Positions 1 to 8,690 are shown, counted from the first letter of the stretch. The stretch: DNA of 64,000 nucleotides from Flavobacteriales bacterium (GCA_039933875.1 JBDTNF010000188.1:53-64052), one strand, 5' to 3'. Notes: a model not told the origin generated them from the sequence alone. Numbers and translations: made by a program.

Positions 1-1259
1 AGACCATAACGGTCTTCGAGCATCAGAAGCTGATGCTGAGCGCGAACGGGCTAATGCCCGCGCACGTGCAGCGCCTGCTGGCATGGAACGAGACCAACGG
101 CAACCAGTACTTCAGCTTCGGCCTCAAGAGCATCACCTTCACCCAATATGTGGGCGTGATCCAGGTCGGCGACCGCGTGATCGAGGTGCTTCCTAAGGCG
201 GACCGCACCGAGCCGGATACAGAAGAGACAAGGGACAAGTGGCAGCGTTCGTTGCTGACGATGTTGCGCGCGGTGCATGACCTGCCGCTCACGAGCACCA
301 CCGAAAGCCATTTGCAGAAGCGCCGCAGCACGGTGCTTGACTTCTTCTTCGGCCTCTACGTTCGCGATATCGAAGGCCTTGTGCGCCGTGGTTTGGTAAA
401 ACGCTATCGACGCACCAAGGCCAATAGCACCGCGCTGAAGGGTCGGCTTGATTTCCCCCGGCACATCCAGCAGAACCTCATTCACCAGGAGCGCTTCTTC
501 GTGGAGCATCAGGTTTATGATACGGACCACCTGCTCCATGCCCTGCTCAAGAAGGCTTTGTCCATTGTGAAGGGCCTAGCGCAAGACCCGGTCATAAGCA
601 GCCAAGCCACTGGCATCGAATGGGCCTTCGAGCAAGTCGCCGATCGCCGCATGGACCCGGTCACTCTCGACCGTATCATACTCGACCGCAAGACGGAACC
701 GTATGCGCGGGCCATGCAACTGGCCAAGATGATCGTGCAGAACTATGCACCGGACATCAAGGGCGGCCATATGCCCTTGATCGGATTGATGTTCGACATG
801 AATGTGCTCTTCGAGCAGTTCGTGTACCGTGTGTTGCGTAAAGCGCAGCCTGCGTTCTCAGAGCAACAACTCACGGTCCGGGGTCAAACACGGCAGAAGT
901 TCTGGCGCAACAAGACTATTCGCCCGGACATCGTGCTGGAGTACACACAAGGTGGCGCGTCGCAGAAAGTCATCGTTGACACGAAATGGAAAGTGCCCGC
1001 CAACGGGAAACCGAACGACGCGGACTTGAAGCAGATGTTCGTGTACAACGTGCAGTTCGATGCGGCGAAGAGCGTGTTACTGTATCCGCACGTTCCAAGC
1101 TCCACGCGCTATGATGGCAGCTATGTGAACAGCGTGCGATTACCCCGGTGGGAGCACTTGTGTTGCATGGAGTACGCAGACTTGTTCAGCGATAACGGAA
1201 CGATCCGCCCGAACGCAGGGAATGTGATCCTATCGGATCTCGTTCTCTCAGGGATGTAA
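1..1259 (+). CDS. McrC-like PD-(D/E)xK restriction endonuclease subunit (5-methylcytosine restriction system component), 5'-partial at window edge
   Basis: The reading frame is open back to base 3, so the gene begins outside the window. The C-terminal region carries a PD-(D/E)xK-type signature (RPDIVLEY...QKVIVDTKWK, compare DAKYK of McrC). The expected McrB GTPase partner would lie upstream, outside the window. Confidence 0.5.
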   Translation, partial: TITVFEHQKLMLSANGLMPAHVQRLLAWNETNGNQYFSFGLKSITFTQYVGVIQVGDRVIEVLPKADRTEPDTEETRDKWQRSLLTMLRAVHDLPLTSTTESHLQKRRSTVLDFFFGLYVRDIEGLVRRGLVKRYRRTKANSTALKGRLDFPRHIQQNLIHQERFFVEHQVYDTDHLLHALLKKALSIVKGLAQDPVISSQATGIEWAFEQVADRRMDPVTLDRIILDRKTEPYARAMQLAKMIVQNYAPDIKGGHMPLIGLMFDMNVLFEQFVYRVLRKAQPAFSEQQLTVRGQTRQKFWRNKTIRPDIVLEYTQGGASQKVIVDTKWKVPANGKPNDADLKQMFVYNVQFDAAKSVLLYPHVPSSTRYDGSYVNSVRLPRWEHLCCMEYADLFSDNGTIRPNAGNVILSDLVLSGM

Positions 1260-1264
1260 TCGTG

Positions 1265-2218
1265 CTATGCCGATGATTGATTTACCACCGCCACGTCCAT
1301 TGCCATGAACTCCATCAACCGGTCGGTAATGTACTTGGCCCTTTCCATCCCGCCCGACCTGAAGTTCTCGTAAGCCGGCCCCTTTTCGGGAACTTGATAG
1401 AGCTGGCTTCGCAGGTTCCAAATTGGACCAGCGATCGGAACCAACTGGCTTTTCACATGGAGAATGAGCTCCTTGCGGCGTATTATGCGCGGTGTTTCCG
1501 GAAGTTCTTTGGTGTCCAGGTCGCTAAGGATCAACACCGCGCGCTCAACGATCACATACAGTTCGATCAACGTTACCGCGGTCCATCCAATGATGTGCAG
1601 TTTAGTGTTCTCATCTTCGGTATTGAGGATGGTATTCAACCATCCCTTCTCTTGGCTCCAACTTGACGTCATGTACTCGGTTACGGCTATGCACCCAGTG
1701 TTTTGCGTCCATGGTTTTCTGGTATAAGTACGAATGTCATCCTTCAAGTCTAGTATCGCGCGGGCCAGCAGGTCCATCTCCATGGTCTGTTGACTGATTC
1801 TGGCTTGATCCTTCAAAGGCTGGAGTTGCGCCGCTTGCGATTCCGCCATGGCCTGTTGGGCCTTAACGGTGTTGATCAGCTCATCACGTGTCAACTTGTA
1901 TTCATTGATCTGCACGGCAAGCGTGATTATCAACAGAACCGCCGCGATCATTGCGAGTAAGGTGCCTATAGTTCCACTGACGTACTGCCCAATGTTACCG
2001 GAAGCCTGATGCAAGGCATCGCCACTACCACTGTGCATATACCACCAAAGGGCAACGCAAAGACCAGTGCCGATCAAAAGCACCCAAGGCATTGCGCGGA
2101 AGATGCGAAGGGACCATTTCGTGAGCGTGAAACGCATTTGGTCAAAGGAGCCGTGGTCGCTATCATTCTCATACGACATGGTGTGGTGGTTTGGTAACGG
2201 CCACCTCACCATCGGCAT
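1265..2218 (-). CDS. hypothetical membrane protein (2 predicted TM helices, coiled-coil region, cytoplasmic C-terminal domain); likely start at 2179 (MSYEND...)
   Basis: A 317-codon ORF convergent with the McrC-like gene, with hydrophobic segments WVLLIGTGLCVALWWY and LLAMIAAVLLIITLAV. Local composition is visibly more AT-rich than the flanks. Confidence 0.5.
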   Translation of the reverse strand: MPMVRWPLPNHHTMSYENDSDHGSFDQMRFTLTKWSLRIFRAMPWVLLIGTGLCVALWWYMHSGSGDALHQASGNIGQYVSGTIGTLLAMIAAVLLIITLAVQINEYKLTRDELINTVKAQQAMAESQAAQLQPLKDQARISQQTMEMDLLARAILDLKDDIRTYTRKPWTQNTGCIAVTEYMTSSWSQEKGWLNTILNTEDENTKLHIIGWTAVTLIELYVIVERAVLILSDLDTKELPETPRIIRRKELILHVKSQLVPIAGPIWNLRSQLYQVPEKGPAYENFRSGGMERAKYITDRLMEFMAMDVAVVNQSSA

Positions 2219-2312
2219 GCCAGATCCGACGATCGCAGGAACGACGGGGCTTCCTCCTGGTCACAACGCGGCTCCTGTATTCAAACCCTCCGTCGGGACC
2301 TCGCCCACGGAG

Positions 2313-2725
2313 TCAAGTGGTCTCTTCCAGCCCGCTCACCACCTTCAGGAGCCGGTCACCGCTTTCCCAGATCGCCTCGCGCACCTTGCGCGGCGCGATG
2401 ATGCAGCCGCGCGAAGCGGTGCCTGGCTTGGAGATCGAATCGCCGTGGATCAGGAAGCCATCACGGCCTTTAGGTCGGTGCCTGGCTTGGGTTGCAGACG
2501 CAGGACGTATGGTCCGTGCTCCGCTGTCTTGTAGGGCGGTCCGGTGATGGTCCACATGCCGTGCGTCACAGGGCCCACGCCCTTTTCATACTCGTACTTC
2601 GGGTTGTTCTTCCCGCGATCATAGCCGCTGTAAAGCGCCGCACGCACACGCTTGCCCGTCGGGTCGAAGAGGACGCCTGATATCTGTTCGTAGGTCCACA
2701 TGTTCGTGTCGGTCCGTTCTCTCAA
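2313..2725 (-). pseudogene. Tlde1/DUF2778-like (YkuD L,D-transpeptidase-fold) protein, disrupted by a frameshift near 2455-2480
   Basis: Two overlapping minus-strand ORFs (2450-2725 and 2313-2555) lie in different frames. The first carries YSGYDRGKNNPKYEYEKGVGPVTHGMWTI and the second GFLIHGDSISKPGTASRGCIIAP, which is the HG...S.GC catalytic motif of L,D-transpeptidases. Together they reconstruct one ~130-aa domain. The annotated TTG start is at 2725 and an internal ATG is at 2701. Confidence 0.45.
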
Positions 2726-2765
2726 CGAAGCAGCGGATCACTCGTGATCCTTCCAAATTCCCAAT

Positions 2766-2783
2766 GGGGGTATTTTACCCGGG
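2766..2783 (-). promoter_or_regulatory. 18-bp motif GGGGGTATTTTACCCGGG (plus-strand reading), copy 1, upstream of the Tlde1-like gene
   Basis: An exact 18/18 match to the sequence at 8316-8333. It contains the small hairpin GGGTA-TTT-TACCC. On the minus strand it lies 41-65 nt upstream of the candidate start codons. Confidence 0.4.
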
Positions 2784-2819
2784 TACACCTTCTGCGGCTC
2801 CCACCAGGAACGGGACCTA

Positions 2820-3920
2820 TCATGGTTCGACCGTGAACTGCCCTGCGGCAGGCATGTTCGGCGGGCGGTAGTGGGGGTCGGCGGCCATGCGGTCCAGCAC
2901 GCTCTGGTGTACCACAGGCATGGGGGGTACGGTGCGCCGTCGGCCATGATAGATACGCCAGGTGCTCTCCCACTTCATCGTTCCATCCACCATGTGTACC
3001 AGTTGCCGCCGCCGCTTGGGGATGAATTCCAGGATCCACCAGATGCCATGCAACGAGCGGTGGAGCATGGCTTTCGGATCGGGCGCGGCGATGTGGCCCA
3101 TTACCGAGGCGGTCAACAGGCCGTTGCGTTTCGCGGCATCCACCAGCAACCCGTTGGGGCGATCGGCGGCTTCGCGCACCATCCACGCGAGCGCGATCTT
3201 GCTGAGCCCGCTGTCCCTTTCGGCGTAGCCACCACCCACATCGCAGTGTACCCCGGGGAACCAGACCTCCTTCACATCCTGCCCGGGTGCGCGCCCGGTC
3301 CATGCGTTCTGCCGGTAGAAGCACCGCCGCTCATCGAGGCTGATGGCGTGCCGCACCATATCCACTGAAGGATTGTCGCTGGTGTACGGGTAGCTGTCGT
3401 CCTTGAACGGGCTGGCGTTCCTCAGGCTCTTGACCGTATCCCACACGCCGATGAAATGGATGCGGACATCGCGCGAGTAGAGTTCCTTGAACCCCTGCGC
3501 GTGCGCGAAGTCCTTGCGTTCCAGAACGCGGAAGGCATAGGGCACCAGATTCTCAGACCCCTTGTGGAGCAAGCCACAGAAGTGTACCAGGGCGGCCAGG
3601 GCGCGAACGGTGAACGCCCCGCGGCTGAATCCGAAGAGGTGGATGCGATCGCCCGCTTCGTAGTTATCCATCAAGTATCGGTAGGCTTCGAAGAGGTTGT
3701 CCTCGAAACCAAGGCCGAAAGCCAGGCCCAGCAGTTCGGTCCACCGTCGCTTCCAGCGACTCCAAGTGCCCGGCACACCGAAGGTGCCCACCCCGGGGTC
3801 GTAGTAGACCAACTGGTGCCCGCTCCGTTCCAACATGGCGAAGAGTTTCACCACGTTGGTGTTCTCATCACCATAGCTGTTGTTCGTGCCGTCGCAGCAG
3901 ATCACCAGGTTGCGTGCCAT
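2820..3920 (-). CDS. DUF2235 family alpha/beta-hydrolase (Tle1-like phospholipase-effector-type domain)
   Basis: The N-terminal signature RNLVICCDGTNNSYGDENTNVVKLF matches the DUF2235/Tle1 hallmark (CDGT.N....TNV.KL). The GFSRGA nucleophile elbow is present, and HCDVGGGY lies downstream. Confidence 0.65.
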   Translation of the reverse strand: MARNLVICCDGTNNSYGDENTNVVKLFAMLERSGHQLVYYDPGVGTFGVPGTWSRWKRRWTELLGLAFGLGFEDNLFEAYRYLMDNYEAGDRIHLFGFSRGAFTVRALAALVHFCGLLHKGSENLVPYAFRVLERKDFAHAQGFKELYSRDVRIHFIGVWDTVKSLRNASPFKDDSYPYTSDNPSVDMVRHAISLDERRCFYRQNAWTGRAPGQDVKEVWFPGVHCDVGGGYAERDSGLSKIALAWMVREAADRPNGLLVDAAKRNGLLTASVMGHIAAPDPKAMLHRSLHGIWWILEFIPKRRRQLVHMVDGTMKWESTWRIYHGRRRTVPPMPVVHQSVLDRMAADPHYRPPNMPAAGQFTVEP

Positions 3921-3923
3921 CGG

Positions 3924-4040
3924 CTATCCTTTTATGGTCAGTTCCACGCAAGGCAGCTTCTTGTCCGCCTTGAACACAACCCCGGCCTTTTTCCACGACG
4001 CCTTGGCAGGGCTCTTTTCCCGGTCAAGCTGGTATTTCAT
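3924..4040 (-). CDS. possible 38-aa Lys-rich small ORF (MKYQLDREKSPAKASWKKAGVVFKADKKLPCVELTIKG) between the MBL-fold and DUF2235 genes
   Basis: The ORF fills the 148-bp intergenic gap on the coding strand, and its TAG stop lies 3 nt before the DUF2235 ATG. There is no homology evidence. Confidence 0.15.
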   Translation of the reverse strand: MKYQLDREKSPAKASWKKAGVVFKADKKLPCVELTIKG

Positions 4041-4068
4041 CAAGGAGGCCCCGATGTTCCGCAAGTGA

Positions 4069-5532
4069 TCAGAGGAGGATGTCGACATGGAGTTCGGTTT
4101 CGGTCACCTTGTTGCCGAAGGCCGCCCGATCGGCGGCGGAGAGTGCCGATAGCTCGCTCGCGGTGGGCAGCTGCCGGGTGCTGTCCGAGAAGATCAAGCG
4201 GCCCTTGGTGCGTTCCTTCAACCGCCCCATCAGCGAAGGCCAGGGCATTGTGCGCGCATAGCCCATGGATGCGGCCTGCGACACTTCGAGCGGCACGATC
4301 GCGATCAGGTCGCGATGGATCATTTGTTCCAGGCCCTGGTCCTTCAGTGTTCCGTTGTGGCTGCAGTGGTGGCTCACCTTATAGAGCACGGTATCCTTCA
4401 GCAGGTCGGCGGTGGTCACCTTCTTCGTGCCCACCTTGAAATCGGCGTCGTGCCAGCTCAGGCAATTGCCCACCTGTGCGTCGCCGGGGAAGAGCAGAAC
4501 GCGACCATCGGGGAGTTGGAAGGCGAGCGCGAGGCTGGTGTTGTTGGTGTCGCGCACAAGGGCCATGGCCAATGCCTCGAAGGAGGCGAAGCTGTCGCTG
4601 CTGAGTGTTCGCCAGGGTGCGTCCACACCGTTGTCCACGGAGGGGAAGTACTTCGCGAACGCTCCTTCGTAGGTGCTGCGCTCCTGGCTCGATGGCCGCG
4701 CGGTGGCGGCATGCGAGCGCAGTTCCGCAGGCGATGGCGCACCGCCAAGGCTCACCCCAACGGTGGGTGCGAACGGGCCACTGAAGCCCTGTTCGAAGTC
4801 GGTCCCGGCATCGGTGAAGCCGAAGGCCCGGCGCGTTTCCGGGTACACCTCGGGCGTGCGTGTGTTCGGATCGCTGGCGGCTATCTTCTTCACATCCCGG
4901 GGCGGCCCGAGCACAAAGACCTTCACCCCCGGCAGCCGGGTATCGGTATGCACCGTGTGGGGTAGGAAACAGTGCTGCTTCTTCACCCGTTTCTTCAGGT
5001 CCGCGAAGATGTCCTCCAACTTGGCGGCACCAGCGGTGGCATTGAGCTGCAGTCCGTGGAAACCGAGGAGCCCTTCGATGGCCTCGCTGCGCACCGCATT
5101 GAGGCGAAGCCCTGGACTGGCGCCCATGCGCACGGCCTCCGCCTCCACCTTCTTTTTCTTCTTGCCCAACTCGGTGCGAACGGCATCGGCCACGGTGTCC
5201 CCCTTCTTTTCGGTCCAGGCCATCCAGAGCTCGCCGATGGTGATGCCGGCCCACACATCCTTGGCCTGTTCGAAACCGGAAAGATGGTCCCAATGCTCGT
5301 GCGTGGCCACGAGCACATCCACATGGTCGTTGGTCTCCAAGGCGATGTCGCGCACCACTTCCTGCATGCGCGGGCGCGGGTTCCTGGCACCCATGCACAC
5401 CCCGCAATCGATCACGATGTGGAAAGGGTTTCCGGCCACGCCCGGAAGGGTGAGCAGGAAGCAATCGCCGAGGCCTTGTCGGTACATGCGTACACGGGCC
5501 GCTGGGTTGGTCGGTGTTCTCTTCTTAGCCAT
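4069..5532 (-). CDS. metallo-beta-lactamase-fold hydrolase (487 aa), third gene of the caspase operon
   Basis: An HxHxDH zinc motif (VATHEHWDHLSG) is present, with a DCG upstream and an HHCSHN histidine cluster downstream. The start at 5532 (MAKKRTP...) overlaps the upstream gene's stop in the sequence ATGGCTAA. Confidence 0.7.
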   Translation of the reverse strand: MAKKRTPTNPAARVRMYRQGLGDCFLLTLPGVAGNPFHIVIDCGVCMGARNPRPRMQEVVRDIALETNDHVDVLVATHEHWDHLSGFEQAKDVWAGITIGELWMAWTEKKGDTVADAVRTELGKKKKKVEAEAVRMGASPGLRLNAVRSEAIEGLLGFHGLQLNATAGAAKLEDIFADLKKRVKKQHCFLPHTVHTDTRLPGVKVFVLGPPRDVKKIAASDPNTRTPEVYPETRRAFGFTDAGTDFEQGFSGPFAPTVGVSLGGAPSPAELRSHAATARPSSQERSTYEGAFAKYFPSVDNGVDAPWRTLSSDSFASFEALAMALVRDTNNTSLALAFQLPDGRVLLFPGDAQVGNCLSWHDADFKVGTKKVTTADLLKDTVLYKVSHHCSHNGTLKDQGLEQMIHRDLIAIVPLEVSQAASMGYARTMPWPSLMGRLKERTKGRLIFSDSTRQLPTASELSALSAADRAAFGNKVTETELHVDILL

Positions 5533-7402
5533 GGTCCGCGTTGTTCCAGTTGTCGCCGTGCAGAAAAGCGAAGGGTTCGTTCCTCGCTGTGGCATCGTTG
5601 CCGAAGAATCGGGCACGCACGCCGACCGGTAGTTCGTTCATCACGTATTCTTCCGTTGCGGTGCGCCGCTCTTCGTCGGTGATGGGACAACGGATGCAGT
5701 AGCGCAGGGTAAGTGTATCGAGGTCCACGATGAGGGTGGAGCCTCCACGGAACTGGTAGCTGCTGCCGTCGGCCGTGCGGATGGTGCGGCGTTGTGTGAG
5801 CGTGAGCAACGCATGGTTCAAGAGCGTGCCATCGGGCCGCGACCGGAAGGCGGTACGCACCTGGTGCACCTCGAACACGGGCAGGCCGTCCTTGTCCAGG
5901 GCGATGCCGAGCTTTTGCGCATCCGGTCCGAGATACAATCCGCAGAACCGGCTGAACTCATCGAGCCGGGTGATGTTCTTGTCGCGCACCGCATCCTTGA
6001 TGAACTCGTGTAGGGCCCCTTGAGCGTCCTTCGTCTTTTGCTGGATCCGATCACGCACACCTTCATAGCGCAACCAGTCCGCCTTGTCGCGCAACATCTC
6101 GAAGAGCCAGATGAGCCCCCCTGCGCGATCCTGCATGCTGGGCCAGGCCAGTTCCTCCTCCGAAAGGATCGTGACACCTTGGGCGAATATGCCGCGTTTG
6201 CGGAAAGCGTCGATCAACGCGATACGGTAGCCGTACAGGTCTTCGGGCACCATGTCGCGGTCGGCGGTGATCAAGGCCCGCAGGTAATCGCCGAACGTGA
6301 TCCCCGCGGGTGGGCAGTAATCCAGCGCTCGGATGCACATGCCGAGGAATTGTTGGGCGGTCTTCGCTGCTTCATCCGCCAGGGCGTCCACGAGTAGGGT
6401 GGGCAGATCCCCATCGGGCAATACGCCGGTGCCACCGGTGGCCATGCGCACATGGCGCTTGGAGCGCTGCCGGTAAATGGTGATGAACGCTTCGAACACG
6501 GCCGCCACCAAAATGGCACCACGGTCATGGGGCTCGCGCGTGTTCGCCATGGCGGCGGGATCCACAGGCGCGCCGATGGCCGATCGCAACGAATGGTGGT
6601 TGCCGATGGCGCGTCCGAACTCCTGTGCCAGTTCCACCAGGAGATTGGGTTTGTTCAGGTCGCCGCGTGTGTGGGCCACCTCACTGCGCAGCACTTCGGG
6701 GAACGTGAAGTGCTGGAACAATGCCACCAGGTCGGCGAACGCCTCATGGAACGCGAGCGAATCGGGACTTACTGGTTCGATGTAGCGTCGGTGCATACCA
6801 TCCAACAACGCATGGGTGGTCTCGTGGGCGACGATATCGTGCGATAGACAAGTGAACACCGTACTCCGCGGTGCGTGTATGCCATCATCCTCGTTCGCTT
6901 CGAAGTAGCCGAACAGGAGCGCTTTCTGCACAGGACTGTAAAAGGCGTTCGTACCGCGCAGGGCATGTGGATAGACACGCAGGCGGGGCACATCGAAGTA
7001 ACGGTTGGGGTTCTCGCCGGGGGCGGGGTTTTGCTTCGGTTCCTTTCCCTGCCCCCAAAGCGCTTTCCGCCCAAGGGCCATCTCGAAATTCTTGATGGTC
7101 GTCATCACCACCGCATAGACCATCTGCTGATGGGACTGGGGCGAACTTTCAGAAGGATCAAGCCCATCCTGTGCGAGCACGAAGGGGTGTTCCAGGTCCA
7201 CTGGCTCATACAGACGTTCGCTTGCCGGGTCATGGTCCACCACTTCGATGTACTCTCCGACCGGTCCGGGTTTCAACGACTCCCACGGTACGGTGAAGGT
7301 GGCTTCGTTGATGCCGGCCGTTTCCAGCACGGTACTAAGGCTGGGGTCCATCGCATAGCCACGTAACCGGCGATAAGCGGGTGGTCTTGTTACCTGGGTC
7401 AT
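5525..7402 (-). CDS. gluzincin-type zinc metalloprotease-like protein (625 aa), thermolysin-like HExxH...E site
   Basis: HETTHALLDG is followed 19 residues later by AFHEAFADL, the same spacing as thermolysin HELTH...NEAISD. There is no signal peptide. The gene is translationally coupled to the MBL gene. Confidence 0.6.
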   Translation of the reverse strand: MTQVTRPPAYRRLRGYAMDPSLSTVLETAGINEATFTVPWESLKPGPVGEYIEVVDHDPASERLYEPVDLEHPFVLAQDGLDPSESSPQSHQQMVYAVVMTTIKNFEMALGRKALWGQGKEPKQNPAPGENPNRYFDVPRLRVYPHALRGTNAFYSPVQKALLFGYFEANEDDGIHAPRSTVFTCLSHDIVAHETTHALLDGMHRRYIEPVSPDSLAFHEAFADLVALFQHFTFPEVLRSEVAHTRGDLNKPNLLVELAQEFGRAIGNHHSLRSAIGAPVDPAAMANTREPHDRGAILVAAVFEAFITIYRQRSKRHVRMATGGTGVLPDGDLPTLLVDALADEAAKTAQQFLGMCIRALDYCPPAGITFGDYLRALITADRDMVPEDLYGYRIALIDAFRKRGIFAQGVTILSEEELAWPSMQDRAGGLIWLFEMLRDKADWLRYEGVRDRIQQKTKDAQGALHEFIKDAVRDKNITRLDEFSRFCGLYLGPDAQKLGIALDKDGLPVFEVHQVRTAFRSRPDGTLLNHALLTLTQRRTIRTADGSSYQFRGGSTLIVDLDTLTLRYCIRCPITDEERRTATEEYVMNELPVGVRARFFGNDATARNEPFAFLHGDNWNNADHG

Positions 7403-7429
7403 GGGGTCAGGGATGAGCTGCCGTGTTGT

Positions 7430-8290
7430 TCAAACGGTGAAAGGCTGCTGTGCTTCGTAGGTGGCTGACGGCGCGCCCACCACGTAATAGTTGGGTGTTT
7501 GATCGGCGGGCATGCGAGAGACGATCGCGTCACGGAAGCTCCGGTAACCCTTCTTGAACTTTCCATTGTTCCACACTTCCTTCAGCGTTTCAGTGAACAA
7601 CCCGTTGCGGTCACCGTCCGACGATTCCTGGTTGTCCATACATCCTGAAATGAGCAGGCCGCTGGCCTTCACCTTCACCTTCTCACTACCGCGCGTTCGA
7701 TCCTGGATGCCATCGTACAGCTTCTTGTGCGCGTCGTAAACGCGCTTACCGATCGCGGGGGGCATGAAGCGCTTCCGTCTGCCCACGGGACGCATCCGCA
7801 GCACTGTGCCGCTGTGGCATGAATCGGAGAGTACGAGAATGCGGACACCCGGGGCGAACCTGGCGTATTGCTTGTACATCTCATCATCCACCAATTCGCG
7901 GTCGTACAGGCACCAGGTCTCGTCCTTGCGATCGCGTTCATCCGAGTTCTTATCCGGTACCTGCCCGCCGTGGCCGCTGTAGGTGAGGAAGAAAATGTCG
8001 CCCGCGCGCAACTGTTTGGCCGCAGCGTTCATCACCGCGATGACCTTCTTGCTCGTGGCCGCCTTGGTCAGCAGCTTGGTGCTGCTGCCGAAGCCTCGCT
8101 TCTTCGCAAGGGCCGCCATATCGTTCGCGTCGAATTCGCATGCGGTGAGGTCGCCGCTCCATCCTTCGTACTGGATCGGGTCGACGCTGTTGAGTCCTAT
8201 GTGCAGAGAGATCCCTTTGGCCATGACCTGTTGGTGTTCGTTGATGTGGTTGTTCGCTCCACTCAAATGTGCGGGTGCCTCAACGCTCAT
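7430..8290 (-). CDS. metacaspase/orthocaspase-like peptidase C14 (286 aa), first gene of the operon
   Basis: The catalytic His motif [10 protein letters not shown] and the Cys motif [11 protein letters not shown] together match the metacaspase H/C dyad signature (YSGHG / DSCHSG). There is no signal peptide. Confidence 0.75.
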   Translation of the reverse strand: MSVEAPAHLSGANNHINEHQQVMAKGISLHIGLNSVDPIQYEGWSGDLTACEFDANDMAALAKKRGFGSSTKLLTKAATSKKVIAVMNAAAKQLRAGDIFFLTYSGHGGQVPDKNSDERDRKDETWCLYDRELVDDEMYKQYARFAPGVRILVLSDSCHSGTVLRMRPVGRRKRFMPPAIGKRVYDAHKKLYDGIQDRTRGSEKVKVKASGLLISGCMDNQESSDGDRNGLFTETLKEVWNNGKFKKGYRSFRDAIVSRMPADQTPNYYVVGAPSATYEAQQPFTV

Positions 8291-8315
8291 GCAATACCCG
8301 ATCCCCGGTATGTGC

Positions 8316-8333
8316 GGGGGTATTTTACCCGGG
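8316..8333 (-). promoter_or_regulatory. 18-bp motif GGGGGTATTTTACCCGGG, copy 2, upstream of the caspase operon
   Basis: Identical to 2766-2783, lying 26-43 nt upstream of the caspase ATG at 8290 on the minus strand. Confidence 0.4.
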
Positions 8334-8663
8334 GCGCCGTGTCCGGATTTTCTTATCAGTATGGACAGGAGCCTGGTGTCGCCGCGGGTGGTCCCGGCAT
8401 AGGCCGGGTGTCATCGTCCCATGGCCATAGGTCTCGAGCCATCGGCCCTGCCAGCCATCGGCTTCGAACGCCCGCAGGATGGCGACCTCGGCGAACTGCG
8501 GGCGGCCATCAACAGTGAGCAGGTCCTTGCCGCCGAAACTGTGTACTGGTTCGGCAGCCCATTTGGTATAAGTGGGTGAGCAGAGTGGGACGTGCACTTC
8601 GCCGCCGCTGCAACTCACTGAGTGATGTGCTATGGGACGGAGACTCCCGGGAAGATGCGTCAT
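8325..8663 (-). CDS. hypothetical 112-aa ORF in the spacer between the SBBP-repeat gene and the caspase operon
   Basis: This is an ORF only, with no recognisable motif. Its 3' end overlaps the conserved 18-bp motif. It may be spurious or a gene remnant. Confidence 0.2.
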   Translation of the reverse strand: MTHLPGSLRPIAHHSVSCSGGEVHVPLCSPTYTKWAAEPVHSFGGKDLLTVDGRPQFAEVAILRAFEADGWQGRWLETYGHGTMTPGLCRDHPRRHQAPVHTDKKIRTRRPG

Positions 8664-8690
8664 CCGGTTCTGTTCACGGGAAGGGCGAAC

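Noticed and set aside
2722-3324. 200-aa ORF overlapping the DUF2235 gene in another frame
   Set aside because: It is Arg/Pro-rich low-complexity sequence and is embedded in a well-supported CDS.
4041-4068. AAGGAGG Shine-Dalgarno-like sequence followed by a 3-codon ATG-TTC-CGC-AAG-TGA mini ORF on the plus strand
   Set aside because: It lies opposite the coding strand of the island, and Bacteroidota-type genomes rarely use SD sequences. It is most likely coincidental.
4379-5464. 361-aa and 319-aa Arg/Gly-rich ORFs on both strands inside the MBL-fold gene
   Set aside because: They have GC-artefact composition (RGRG/RRAP-type) and no motifs. They overlap a gene with clear catalytic signatures.
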